The position numbers and the translations under genes were made by a program. The notes beneath the pieces are model-generated. The model was not told where the DNA came from and ran no database searches. It was given only the letters and a program-made list of their open reading frames with translations. 56,058 bases of DNA from Salinibacter sp. (GTDB lineage: Bacteria; Bacteroidota; Rhodothermia; Rhodothermales; Salinibacteraceae): positions 1 through 56,058 of the forward strand of contig JAWOAQ010000252.1 of assembly GCA_046498495.1 (NCBI GenBank), given 5' to 3'. Positions 20,684 through 30,108 of this stretch are shown here, one piece after another; positions within the stretch are counted from its first letter, which is position 1; each line of letters begins with the position of its first letter.

Positions 20684-21655
20684 CTACACGTGAGCGTCCG
20701 CGCCTTCAAAGGCGAGCCGGGCCGCACCCAGAATGCCCACGTCGTTCCCGCGCTTTTCCCGGCGGATGGTGAGCCCGTCCCGAAGCCCCGGTGTGACGTA
20801 TCGCGGGAGCGTATCGCGGGCGGGATCCAGAATGAAATGTTCGGCGGCTGAAACGCCCCCACCGACGATGATGGTCCGAATGTCGAGCAGGTTCACGGCG
20901 GCACCAAGAACGCACCCCAGCTTGTGGCCGGCCCAGGCCAGGATGGACTGGGCCGCCTCATCCCCGTCGCGAGCTGCCTCGTACAACACCCGGGGATCGA
21001 CCGCTTGCAGGTCCCCATCAACCAGGTCGTGGATTGTGCTCTCAGGATAGTTGACCAGTCGGTCCCGAGCATGCTCAGAGAGGAACGCCTGGCCCAGGTA
21101 CCCTTCGATGGCGCCGCCGACGCCTGTGTTAGCAAAGGGCCCTTCGTAGTCGATGGTCATATGACCGATTTCGCCGGCGCCGCCAGTGCTTCCTCGAAAA
21201 ATCTGGTTGCGATAGATGATTGCGCCGCCGACGCCAGTCCCCAGGGTTACCATCAGAAAGGAGTCGTGCGCCGTCCCCGCTCCGTAGAAGGCAGAGCCGA
21301 GGGCGGCCACGTTTGCGTCGTTCTCGACGATCACCTCCAGCGGTCCCACCCGGGTGCGCAGGGCGCTCTGGACGTTAATCGTCTTCCAGCCGGGCAGGTT
21401 GGGCGGATGGCTCACCGTGGTGCGAGACCAGTTGATGGCCCCCGGGGACCCAACCCCAATGCCCTCAACATCCGCGTCTGGCAGGTCAGCGATCAACGCG
21501 GAGGCCAGCGCAGCCATCTGGTCCAGCACATGCTCGGGTCCCTGTTCGGCGTCCGTCGGTCGGCTTTTGGTCTCGACGAGCCCGTTCTCACGGTCGACAA
21601 GTCCGGCTTTTATGTTGGTGCCTCCGAGGTCGAGACCGACAGCATATGAAGACAT
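20684..21655 (-). CDS. ROK family sugar kinase (glucokinase-like)
   Basis: VGLDLGGTNIK, ENDANVAALG, TLGTGVGG, GEIGH. It lacks the CxCG Zn motif. Confidence 0.9.
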   Translation of the reverse strand: MSSYAVGLDLGGTNIKAGLVDRENGLVETKSRPTDAEQGPEHVLDQMAALASALIADLPDADVEGIGVGSPGAINWSRTTVSHPPNLPGWKTINVQSALRTRVGPLEVIVENDANVAALGSAFYGAGTAHDSFLMVTLGTGVGGAIIYRNQIFRGSTGGAGEIGHMTIDYEGPFANTGVGGAIEGYLGQAFLSEHARDRLVNYPESTIHDLVDGDLQAVDPRVLYEAARDGDEAAQSILAWAGHKLGCVLGAAVNLLDIRTIIVGGGVSAAEHFILDPARDTLPRYVTPGLRDGLTIRREKRGNDVGILGAARLAFEGADAHV

Positions 21656-21696
21656 AGGGGAGAGCAGGTGGGGACTGGTGGGAAAGGGGCCGCGGG

Positions 21697-21999
21697 CTAC
21701 TGATCGTTCAACCGGTACACCGTTTCCCCGGGGCGCTTCATGCCGTAGTCCTCACGGGCAATGCGCTCGACCGTCGAGTCGGGAAGGGGCTGATCGATCC
21801 GGTCCTGGAGGTCTTCGATCTCAGACTGGAGCTCTCGGTTTTCCGAGTGGAGGGCCTCATACTCCTGATGCCACTGATACCGCTGGAGCAAGCTGTGGCT
21901 GTCGAAGAAGGCCACCCAAAGAAGAAGCCCCGCGAGCGTCCCTCCGATCCCCCAGTACCAGAGGCGTTCCGTTGGACCGTCGGTGCCAGAGAAGTCCAT
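21697..21999 (-). CDS. ftsB: FtsB/DivIC septum formation initiator
   Basis: One TM, coiled coil, ERIAREDYGMKRPGETVY motif; sits directly after eno (conserved synteny). Confidence 0.85.
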   Translation of the reverse strand: MDFSGTDGPTERLWYWGIGGTLAGLLLWVAFFDSHSLLQRYQWHQEYEALHSENRELQSEIEDLQDRIDQPLPDSTVERIAREDYGMKRPGETVYRLNDQ

Positions 22000-22015
22000 G
22001 GCGAGAGCAGGCGCT

Positions 22016-23305
22016 TTAGGGGAGGGATGCGAATGCGTCGAGACCAGGATAGTGGGCCGTGGGGCCCAGTTGCTCTTCGATGCGAAGCAGTTGGTTGTAC
22101 TTTGCCGTGCGGTCGCTTCGGCTGGCCGATCCCGTTTTGATTTGGCCCGTGCCCAGCCCCACTGCCAGATCCGCAATGGTCGTGTCTTCGGTCTCCCCGG
22201 ATCGATGGCTCAGGATGGCCGAGAAGCCGTTTTTGTGGGCCATCTCAACGGCCTCGAGGGTTTCGGTCAGGGTTCCGATCTGGTTGGGCTTCACGAGGAT
22301 GGACGTTGCACATCCCTCCTCGATTCCGCGACTGAGGCGATCCGTGTTCGTGACGAAGAGGTCGTCGCCTACAAGCTGGACCTGGTCGCCGATCGCTTCG
22401 GTGAGCATGCGCCACCCGTCCCAGTCGTCCTCGTCCATCGCATCCTCAATGGAAAGGATGGGGAAGCGTTCAACCCAGTCTTGCCAGTAGGCCACCATGT
22501 CCTCGGAGGAGCGGCGGGTGTCTGGATCGCTCTTCCAGAACACATACGCCCCGTCCTGATAGAGCTCCGCCGCGGCCGGATCGAGGGCGACGTACGCATC
22601 CGATCCGGCCGCGTACCCGGCGGCCTCAATGGCTTCGATGACCAGCTCCAGGGCCTCTTCGTTGGAGCGCAAGTCGGGGGCAAATCCGCCCTCATCCCCG
22701 ACCGCCGTGCTGTATCCGCGGTCGCGAAGAACCCCTTTGAGGGTTTGGAAGACCTCGACGCCCATCCGGAGGGCGGCCGAAAAGCTGTTGGCCCCCACGG
22801 GAGCCACCATAAATTCCTGCATGTCCACGTTGTTATCGGCGTGGCCCCCTCCGTTCAGAATGTTCATGAGCGGGACGGGGAGCGTGGCGGCGGTGGCCGT
22901 GCCCACGTACCGAAACAAGGGGAGCCCCAGGGTGGCTGCGGCGGCCTTGGCAGTGGCCAGGGAGACGCCCAGAAGCGCATTCGCCCCGAGGGCGGCTTTG
23001 TTATCGGTCCCGTCGAGGCCTAGAAGGGTGGCGTCGACGGCCGCCTGATTGAGCACGCTCATGCCGCGAAGCTCAGGCGCAATGGTCTCGTTGACGTTCT
23101 GGACGGCCTGACGGACCCCCTGGCCTCCGTAGCGGCTGTCATCTCCGTCCCGAAGTTCAACGGCTTCGTACGCGCCGGTGGACGCCCCACTTGGGACGGC
23201 CGCACGCCCGAACACGTCGCCGTCGGTGCTCACGTCGACCTCCACGGTCGGGTTGCCCCGACTGTCCAGAATTTGGCGAGCGGTGATGTGTTGGATCGCA
23301 GCCAT
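22016..23305 (-). CDS. eno: Enolase
   Basis: [38 protein letters not shown]. Start ATG 23305. Confidence 0.98.
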   Translation of the reverse strand: MAAIQHITARQILDSRGNPTVEVDVSTDGDVFGRAAVPSGASTGAYEAVELRDGDDSRYGGQGVRQAVQNVNETIAPELRGMSVLNQAAVDATLLGLDGTDNKAALGANALLGVSLATAKAAAATLGLPLFRYVGTATAATLPVPLMNILNGGGHADNNVDMQEFMVAPVGANSFSAALRMGVEVFQTLKGVLRDRGYSTAVGDEGGFAPDLRSNEEALELVIEAIEAAGYAAGSDAYVALDPAAAELYQDGAYVFWKSDPDTRRSSEDMVAYWQDWVERFPILSIEDAMDEDDWDGWRMLTEAIGDQVQLVGDDLFVTNTDRLSRGIEEGCATSILVKPNQIGTLTETLEAVEMAHKNGFSAILSHRSGETEDTTIADLAVGLGTGQIKTGSASRSDRTAKYNQLLRIEEQLGPTAHYPGLDAFASLP

Positions 23306-23562
23306 AGGGGAGAGACGTGTTGACGAAAAGATTGAGGACGTGGGCACCCGGCAAAATCTACACCGCTCAATGTAGGCGATGGGAGCGCAAAAGCTCAACA
23401 GAAATCCCGTCAACCCTTCGTGAGGCCGGTGGCTTTTGAGCCCAGGCATGCGCACTTTTTGTACGACCACGACCTCCTGGGCGCATTGAGGTTGTTTGGG
23501 CGTCTCCGTTTTGTTAGAGCCCGAGTCTTCAGAATCTTTTGGCCAATCCAACACAGCGCATC

Positions 23563-24564
23563 ATGCGAGCGGTTGTTGTCCCCGAGCCCGGAGGTCCGGA
23601 TCAAATGACCATCAAGGAGGTGCCGACACCCAGCCCGGGTCCGGAGGAGGTCCTCGTTCAGGTTCACGCTACGGCCCTCAACCGGGCGGATACGTTTCAG
23701 CGTCAGGGGCACTATCCGCCGCCCGAGGGGGCTTCGGAGATTTTGGGCCTTGAGGCAGCGGGAACGGTGGTCGAGACGGGAGAGGGCGTGGTGGACTGGC
23801 ACGAGAACGACCGAGTGTTTGGGCTCCTGGATGGAGGGGGGTATGCCGAGTACACCGTTGTGCACAAGGACCGGCTGATGGCCATTCCCCCGGGCATGTC
23901 GATGAAGGAAGCGGCGGCCGTGCCGGAGGTATTTCTCACGGCGTATCAGGCGCTCCACTGGTTGGGCGGCCTCCAACGCCGCCATCGCGTCCTCATCCAC
24001 GCGGGGGCCAGCGGGGTCGGAACCGCCGCCATTCAACTGGTCCGGCACGAAGGGGCCCGACCGTTCATCACCGCCTCGGCGCCCAAGCACGATCAATGCC
24101 GCCGCCTCGGGGCGCAGGCCACCATCGACTACAAAACGGAGGACTTTGCTTCTCGAATTGCGGAGGAGACAGATGGAGAGGGCGTCGACATCATCCTTGA
24201 CTTCATTGGGGCCCCGTATTTCCACAAAAACGTTGAGTCGCTCGCGCTGGATGGCCGGATCATCCAGCTTGCCACGCTTGGGGGGAGCACCGTGGAGGAG
24301 GTCAGCCTTCGAGAGCTCATGGCAAAGCGGGTCCATCTGCTGGCGTCGACCCTTCGTTCCCGGAGCCTCGAGTACAAAGTGCAACTCACGCAGGAGGTTG
24401 CGGCGGATCTCCTGCCGGCTTTCGTCGACGGAGCACTTCGACCCGTAATCGATTCGGTCTTCGATTGGACCGAAGTGGCGGCGGCCCACCGCCGGATGGA
24501 GAACAATGAGAACGCTGGCAAGATCGTCCTTCGTGTAACCGGGGTGCCTGGAGACTCGGCGTAA
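23563..24564 (+). CDS. NAD(P)H-quinone oxidoreductase (PIG3/MDR family)
   Basis: ALNRADTFQRQGHYPPP, LGLEAAG, LIHAGASGVGTAAIQ, GKIVL. ATG at 23563. Confidence 0.9.
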   Translation: MRAVVVPEPGGPDQMTIKEVPTPSPGPEEVLVQVHATALNRADTFQRQGHYPPPEGASEILGLEAAGTVVETGEGVVDWHENDRVFGLLDGGGYAEYTVVHKDRLMAIPPGMSMKEAAAVPEVFLTAYQALHWLGGLQRRHRVLIHAGASGVGTAAIQLVRHEGARPFITASAPKHDQCRRLGAQATIDYKTEDFASRIAEETDGEGVDIILDFIGAPYFHKNVESLALDGRIIQLATLGGSTVEEVSLRELMAKRVHLLASTLRSRSLEYKVQLTQEVAADLLPAFVDGALRPVIDSVFDWTEVAAAHRRMENNENAGKIVLRVTGVPGDSA

Positions 24565-24566
24565 CG

Positions 24567-24602
24567 AAAAAACGCCCCGATTCTGCGAACAGAACCGGGG
24601 CG
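24567..24602 (-). terminator. Intrinsic terminator downstream of osmC (between convergent genes)
   Basis: Minus strand reads CGCCCCGGTTCTG-TTCG-CAGAATCGGGGCG-TTTTTT. Confidence 0.8.
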
Positions 24603-24661
24603 AGAGAACCTCAGGGGGCGGAGGTGGGGCCGAGGGGGGGACACCCACAGGCATATGTGCG

Positions 24662-25087
24662 CTACCCGAGGCTGGCGTCCAGGGTGATCTCCGTTCCGGC
24701 CAAGGCTTTTGACACCGGGCAGCCCTCTTTGGCAGCCTCCGCGTGCTCCTGAAATGCGTCCTCATCGATTTCAGGCACGTGGGCCGTAGTCGTCAGGTGA
24801 ATCTTCGTGATGGCCGGACCGCTTTCCAGCATCCGGAGCGTAACCTCGGCGTCTGTCTCCACCGACTCCGGATCGAAGCCGGCCTCATCAAGCACGTTCG
24901 ACAAGGCCATGGAATAGCAGCCGGCGTGGGCGGCCCCGATGAGCTCTTCGGGATTTGAACCATCCCCATCCTCGAACCGAGACCGGAAGGAGTAGGCGCC
25001 TTCATAGGCCCCACTTTCAAGAGACATGGTGCCGTCCCCGTCGGGTAGATTGCCCGTCCACTTCGCGTTGGCAGAGCGTGTTGGCAT
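24662..25087 (-). CDS. osmC: OsmC family peroxiredoxin
   Basis: YSFRSRFE, NPEELIGAAHAGCYSMAL, AKEGCPVSKAL. ATG at 25087. Confidence 0.93.
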   Translation of the reverse strand: MPTRSANAKWTGNLPDGDGTMSLESGAYEGAYSFRSRFEDGDGSNPEELIGAAHAGCYSMALSNVLDEAGFDPESVETDAEVTLRMLESGPAITKIHLTTTAHVPEIDEDAFQEHAEAAKEGCPVSKALAGTEITLDASLG

Positions 25088-25213
25088 ATCAGATCTGTCA
25101 GTTTGTACGAAAAGCAAAAAAGGTCATGCACGCTTCCGTAGCGGATGGGCGAGCGCGCGTTCCCCCCAGACGACGCTTTTGCAGGAAGACCACAGATGGA
25201 CGGCCGTGTGGGG

Positions 25214-26074
25214 TTACGCGTCGTCGGAGGTCCCATTGGTCTCCGGTGCTCCGTTCAGGTAGTCCACGTGCACGTCGCGTTGCGGGAAGGGAATGCCGAT
25301 GTCGGCGGCGTCGAGCTTGTACTTCACCTGGCGGGTCAGTTCCTGCTTCAGACGGAAATAGTCGTCGGGTCGGGCCCACACGCGCACCTGCCAGTCAATC
25401 GATGAACCGCCAAGGCCGACGAGGGCGGCCTGTACGCCTTTGTCTTCCAGCCGGCCATCCACGGCACGGGCCGCGTCCAGCAAGACCTCACGCACCTCAT
25501 CGATGTCGGCCGGATAGTCGGTGCCCACGTCACAATCAACTCGGATCTCGTCCTGCGCGAATATATTCTCGATCGTGGAGCCAAAGATGTCTCCGTTGGG
25601 GACAATGATGACGCGGTTGCTCCGCGTGCGGAGCCGCGTGAAAAAGAGCTGCAGGTCTCGCACGAATCCGGTTTTGCCCGCGATCTCAACGTAGTCCCCA
25701 ACGCCAAACGGGCGAAAGATCAGCAACATGACCCCGGCGGCAAAATTCGCCAGGGTGCCCTGCAGGGCCAGCCCCACGGCGAAGCTGGCAGCTGCCAGGA
25801 CCGCGATAAAGCTGGCGGTCTGCACTCCAACCGTCTCCAGGCCTGCGAAGAGGGCCAGCAGAAAGATTGCGTAGTAGGCAAAATTGCCGGCAAACTTCGT
25901 AAGGGTCTGGTCCATTTCCGGCCGGTCCAGCCCACTCTTGGTGGTGTCACGCACCCAGGCGGCGATGTAGCGTCCAATCACCAGAATGGCGATGAACGCC
26001 ACGGCACTCAGGATATAGTTTGCCGCTACGCTCAAGGTTTCGGCGGTAAAATACTCTTGGGAGAAGCTATTCAT
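25214..26074 (-). CDS. mscS: Small-conductance mechanosensitive channel
   Basis: AVGLALQGTLANFAAG..IFRPFGVGD, IIVPNG, IGIPFPQRDVH. ATG at 26074. Confidence 0.92.
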   Translation of the reverse strand: MNSFSQEYFTAETLSVAANYILSAVAFIAILVIGRYIAAWVRDTTKSGLDRPEMDQTLTKFAGNFAYYAIFLLALFAGLETVGVQTASFIAVLAAASFAVGLALQGTLANFAAGVMLLIFRPFGVGDYVEIAGKTGFVRDLQLFFTRLRTRSNRVIIVPNGDIFGSTIENIFAQDEIRVDCDVGTDYPADIDEVREVLLDAARAVDGRLEDKGVQAALVGLGGSSIDWQVRVWARPDDYFRLKQELTRQVKYKLDAADIGIPFPQRDVHVDYLNGAPETNGTSDDA

Positions 26075-26158
26075 GGACAGGAGAGGGCTTTTGAATAGAG
26101 TTCTCCATAAGTAGGGGGACGGGAGGGGGAGAGTCAATGCTCAGTCGGCAGGCTGATG

Positions 26159-27229
26159 TTACCGACTCTCAACGCGATCGTGGATGCGATTGGCCCGACG
26201 GGCGGCGACCGACTCATGACCGCGAATGCGGTTGACGAAGCGGGAGAGGAGGTCCGTTGTGAGCCGGACCTCAGGCGCCTCCCGGCGAATCCCGACGACC
26301 TGCCCGCCGTCATCCGTCTCGAGTTTAAACGAAAAGATGTATGTCCCCTGCTCGGTGAGGCCCAGGTCACTACGCCCGAACCGGAGATCAACCACGCGGA
26401 GTCCCCCGTCGTCTGTTTTTCGCACGGCGTAGTATCCCCGCGAGAACCACTGAATCCGCTGTACCTCCAGGCTTTTGACTGCGTCCCCGAGCAAGTCGTG
26501 TTGTTTGGGGACGCGCCGAAAGTCAATGCGCGCGTCCGTATCCAGAAGGGAATAGTGTCCGACGTAAAACCCGTCGTCTGTTTCTGCGATTCCCGTCCAG
26601 AGAAGATTATTGAAGGGGGTCGGCTTGATGAGCAGCTGACTCACGGAGGCCTCCTTCGACTCCAGGGCCTCGGCGAAGGCCCGATCGACGTGAAGCTTAT
26701 TGGCCACGGTGAGGAGCAGGTACGCCGAGCTAAGGGCCAGACCGGTATAGTTCGCCACCCGGCGACTGCGCGCGGCGGGGGACCAGAAGAGGGCCGTGAG
26801 CAGCCCCCCAAGCAGCGGGACCGTGTAGAGGGGATCGATAATGAAAATGGTGGCCAGGATTACGGGATACTGGCTGAAGGGCCAAAAAATTTGGGTTCCG
26901 TAACTGGTCAGACAGTCCAGTCCGATGTGCGTGAGCAGGACTGCACCGGCGAGCCCCATCCAACGCCTCTGTGAGGCAGTGCCCGCATGGAACCGATGGA
27001 GGGCCCAGCCGACAAGGGGGGCCATAACGGCCACAAAAAGAAGTGAGTGCGTGAGGCTGCGATGGAAAACGAGTGACTGAGCCTCAGTAAGAAACGGATT
27101 CGCAAGGACATCAAGGTCGGGTAGCGTGCCGAGCACCGCTCCCCATAGCGGGGCCTTGGTGCCGGCCTGCCGCCCCGCCACGGCCTCGCCGACGGCGGCT
27201 CCAAGGGTAAGTTGGGTTAGCGAATCCAT
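26159..27229 (-). CDS. Membrane-bound metal-dependent hydrolase (YdjM-like)
   Basis: MDSLTQ start, LPDLD, HRSLTHS, THIGLDCLTSYGT, IFIIDPLY motifs. Confidence 0.85.
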   Translation of the reverse strand: MDSLTQLTLGAAVGEAVAGRQAGTKAPLWGAVLGTLPDLDVLANPFLTEAQSLVFHRSLTHSLLFVAVMAPLVGWALHRFHAGTASQRRWMGLAGAVLLTHIGLDCLTSYGTQIFWPFSQYPVILATIFIIDPLYTVPLLGGLLTALFWSPAARSRRVANYTGLALSSAYLLLTVANKLHVDRAFAEALESKEASVSQLLIKPTPFNNLLWTGIAETDDGFYVGHYSLLDTDARIDFRRVPKQHDLLGDAVKSLEVQRIQWFSRGYYAVRKTDDGGLRVVDLRFGRSDLGLTEQGTYIFSFKLETDDGGQVVGIRREAPEVRLTTDLLSRFVNRIRGHESVAARRANRIHDRVESR

Positions 27230-27327
27230 AATCACGTCCGCGATTTGAGGAACGCACATTTGACCGCCTTGTACGCCGCCTCCTGTCGTCTGAGCCCACC
27301 TTTATTCCCCGAACCCGTAACGTTCCG

Positions 27328-27780
27328 ATGCCAGCCGACCGCATACGCTGCCGCGTAGCTCACGCCCGGGTCCAGGAGGCGCATCACGAAACGCTTAACG
27401 ACTTGATCTACAAACTCTTTGAGCGTCGTCACCACGACTACGTGGCCGGACAAGAAAAGGACTGGCTCACGATGGAACTGGTGCAGTCGCTCCGGCGGGA
27501 GAGCGAGATTTATCGGGAGGAACTGAGCACCAAGACCAGTGGACCGCTCCCGTTTGCCCTTGGGTACTTTCGCCTCCACGGAAACACCCTTCGACTTACC
27601 ACGGGTGAGGTTCCTGCGAACGTAGACGGACGAACCCTCGCTCGGCTCTTGAGTGAGTTCCTGGAGCCTGGCGCACAGTTGTGGTTCGGAGCAGAGAACG
27701 GATGGGAGATCCAGGGGCCGGACCAGTTGATTGCCCTGGAATCGGGGCCTCAAGACCCCGAAGACGAACAAAAAAACTGA
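27328..27780 (+). CDS. Hypothetical protein
   Basis: 150-aa acidic ORF with globular composition; no motif recognised. Confidence 0.7.
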   Translation: MPADRIRCRVAHARVQEAHHETLNDLIYKLFERRHHDYVAGQEKDWLTMELVQSLRRESEIYREELSTKTSGPLPFALGYFRLHGNTLRLTTGEVPANVDGRTLARLLSEFLEPGAQLWFGAENGWEIQGPDQLIALESGPQDPEDEQKN

Positions 27781-28403
27781 AGGAGTGCCCGCTCAGCGTC
27801 TGACGGGGCGAGGCCGTCGAGGGGCGAGCGCTCCTCTGGGAGGAGGGTGACCGTACGGTAGCGGCCTTGGTCCGCCCCCCTGTGATCCTTGATCCGCACG
27901 CCGAGGCTGGTGCCGTTCCGGGCCACGAGGCCGGTGACGGTGTTGGGGCGGTTGGGGAACGGCTCGCCTTCGGGCAGAGCGGCCCTGACTGTATCGAGGG
28001 CGTCCCGTGCGGCCTCCTGGTTGCACGCTGACAGCCGGCAAAAGAGGGCAACCGTAAGGTCTCGGTCGAATGCGATGTAGAGGCGACTGAGGGTTGGATT
28101 CAAGGGACGCCAGTCCAAGTCCAGGCGCCCACATCCGTCTGTAGCCTCGCGGACGGCGTCCACGAGCGCCGGAAACGTTTCTTCGAGGTCGTTTGTCAAG
28201 TCCATGTACCCCATCATTTCGCCCTGTAGGCCCGGCGACTGTTGCAGGCCCTCGGCTGCCTTGGTCGACGCTTTGCGGAGCCAGGCCTGTACCGGAGGGG
28301 CATGGGTGAGTCGCTCGCTCACCGTTTGCAGCGACGACGAAAGGAACGGTTGGAAGCGCGCCTTCCATTCGTCCTTCGACGGGTGGTTTGGATCGGAGGA
28401 CAT
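27750..28403 (-). CDS. Hypothetical protein
   Basis: 217-aa ORF with globular composition; its 3' end overlaps the convergent ORF by 31 nt. Confidence 0.7.
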   Translation of the reverse strand: MSSDPNHPSKDEWKARFQPFLSSSLQTVSERLTHAPPVQAWLRKASTKAAEGLQQSPGLQGEMMGYMDLTNDLEETFPALVDAVREATDGCGRLDLDWRPLNPTLSRLYIAFDRDLTVALFCRLSACNQEAARDALDTVRAALPEGEPFPNRPNTVTGLVARNGTSLGVRIKDHRGADQGRYRTVTLLPEERSPLDGLAPSDAERALLQFFCSSSGS

Positions 28404-28554
28404 GATGCACCGGGGCGAACGCGAGAGAGAGGGACTGTGGAGTGGGAGGGGAACATAACCCCCTCAAACTGATCCAAATAAGGCTCGTTTGGACTCAAAA
28501 CCATTTCCTTTACCTGTGCCCAATCAACCCACTACGTCGCGGCAGCCGAAGGCA

Positions 28555-28932
28555 ATGCCGCTTGACGAGCTGTCAGAACACCTTCAACTTTCGAAGCAAA
28601 CAATCGTTCGGTGGGCGGACCGTCATCTGATTGATGCGGATCTGTATTGGTCGCTCTCGGAGTCGAACCAGGAGATTCGCATGATCGACCTCACGGACGA
28701 AACGCTGGAGTTTCTCGAAGACTTTGCGGCCGATTATCGGGATGATGTGGTGAGCCGCACAGAGGCCCGCCGCATTCTCAAGCAGATCGACCGGAAGAAG
28801 ATCAAGAAGCTGATCCGTGCGGGTGATGTGCAGGACGTAGAGGTCGACGAAGAGACCCGCGTTGTCTTTGGGAGCCTCGAGGATTACCTGATGGAACGCG
28901 AGCAGACGGAGGAGGGAGAGGAAGAAGAGTAG
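28555..28932 (+). CDS. Small acidic protein with two excisionase/MerR-like (HTH_17-type) winged-helix units
   Basis: MPLDELSEHLQLSKQTIVRWADRHLI and VSRTEARRILKQIDRKKIKKLIRAGDV...RVVFGSLEDYL follow the Xis-type HTH pattern. Start is uncertain (GTG 28516 is possible). Confidence 0.6.
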   Translation: MPLDELSEHLQLSKQTIVRWADRHLIDADLYWSLSESNQEIRMIDLTDETLEFLEDFAADYRDDVVSRTEARRILKQIDRKKIKKLIRAGDVQDVEVDEETRVVFGSLEDYLMEREQTEEGEEEE

Positions 28933-28950
28933 TCAAGCCGCCTGGCGTTA

Positions 28951-29541
28951 TTAGGTGGCGTCGTTCTCGGCCCCCTCGCCCCCGAGCATCGATTCCAGCT
29001 CCGGACGCATCTCGTCGGTGGGAAAGATGCCCAGGACCCGCTTTACGACATCCCCATCGGCATTGACAACAAAGGTTGTCGGGAGGCCGTGGGTTGCGCC
29101 GTATCCTTGCTCGGTAGCGCCAGTCGAGTCCACCACTACTGGATAGTTGAAGTCGTAGTTGCTCATAAACGAGCGCACCACCGACTCGCCTTCCTTATCC
29201 AGCGAAATGCCGACCACCGTAAGCCCGTCGTCGCCGAGGGCCTCCTGAAGGTCAATAAGATCTGGGATCTCTTCGCGGCAGGGCCCGCACCAGGTGGCCC
29301 AAAAGTTGACGAGGAGCACGCGTCCGTCCTGTTCGGCAAGGTTAAGCCGTTCCCCATCAATGGTCTGCAGGGTGGTGTCGGGCACGGGATACGGGTCCGG
29401 TTCGTGGACACGGTTCTGCTGTACATCCTGGTTGGTCTTTGGGGCATCAGCGCGAGACGAGTCGGTATCGTCTCCGCAGCCGAGGAGGCCAACCACGAGC
29501 AGAAGGGAGAAGAAGAACGATGCGATGCGAAGAAAACGCAT
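28951..29541 (-). CDS. TlpA/ResA-family thiol-disulfide oxidoreductase lipoprotein
   Basis: Lipobox LLGC, VNFWATWCGPCREEIP, cis-Pro LPTTF. Confidence 0.9.
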   Translation of the reverse strand: MRFLRIASFFFSLLLVVGLLGCGDDTDSSRADAPKTNQDVQQNRVHEPDPYPVPDTTLQTIDGERLNLAEQDGRVLLVNFWATWCGPCREEIPDLIDLQEALGDDGLTVVGISLDKEGESVVRSFMSNYDFNYPVVVDSTGATEQGYGATHGLPTTFVVNADGDVVKRVLGIFPTDEMRPELESMLGGEGAENDAT

Positions 29542-29565
29542 GGGAGGGGGGCGGGTCGTAAGAGG

Positions 29566-29919
29566 CTACTCAGCGAGGGTCCGGTGCAGCTCCGTGCGGA
29601 GCGTGTCTTCGGTCACGTTGAGGTGAGAGGTGTCGTAGACCGACTCGCCATTGTCAACCAAGAGAGCTTGAGGACTCTCGTGCCGCACGTTCAGCGTGTC
29701 GGCGATTTCGTCTGACACCGCCCGGTTCTCCTGGACCACCACCTGGTACACCGGCACGTTTGTCTCCTCCGCCAACGAGCGCATCTCCCGCTCCGCCTTG
29801 GCACTGATTGAGCAGGTGGAGCTGTGCTTAAACACCAGAATCTGGCGGTCCTCCGAATGAGTGAGAGCGTCCGTCCAATCGGTTGTCGATTCCAGCGTGA
29901 GAAACGGGTTGTCGGGCAT
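29566..29919 (-). CDS. ytxJ: Bacillithiol system redox-active protein YtxJ
   Basis: FKHSSTCSIS and VRHESPQ signature motifs. Confidence 0.88.
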   Translation of the reverse strand: MPDNPFLTLESTTDWTDALTHSEDRQILVFKHSSTCSISAKAEREMRSLAEETNVPVYQVVVQENRAVSDEIADTLNVRHESPQALLVDNGESVYDTSHLNVTEDTLRTELHRTLAE

Positions 29920-30108
29920 GACAATGGAAATGGATTCAACAGTCCTGCATTGGAAAATGTGGGTACCGTGAGACTGGATCCGTGATACACAATGGGGGTG
30001 AACAATCGGTCAATACCACGAGGGGGCGCTGCAGGAACGTGCCGGTGCCCCCGTCGTGAAATTTCTCGTTTGTGTGCCTCTGTCCCGTTATCCCAATTCT
30101 GATCTCCA

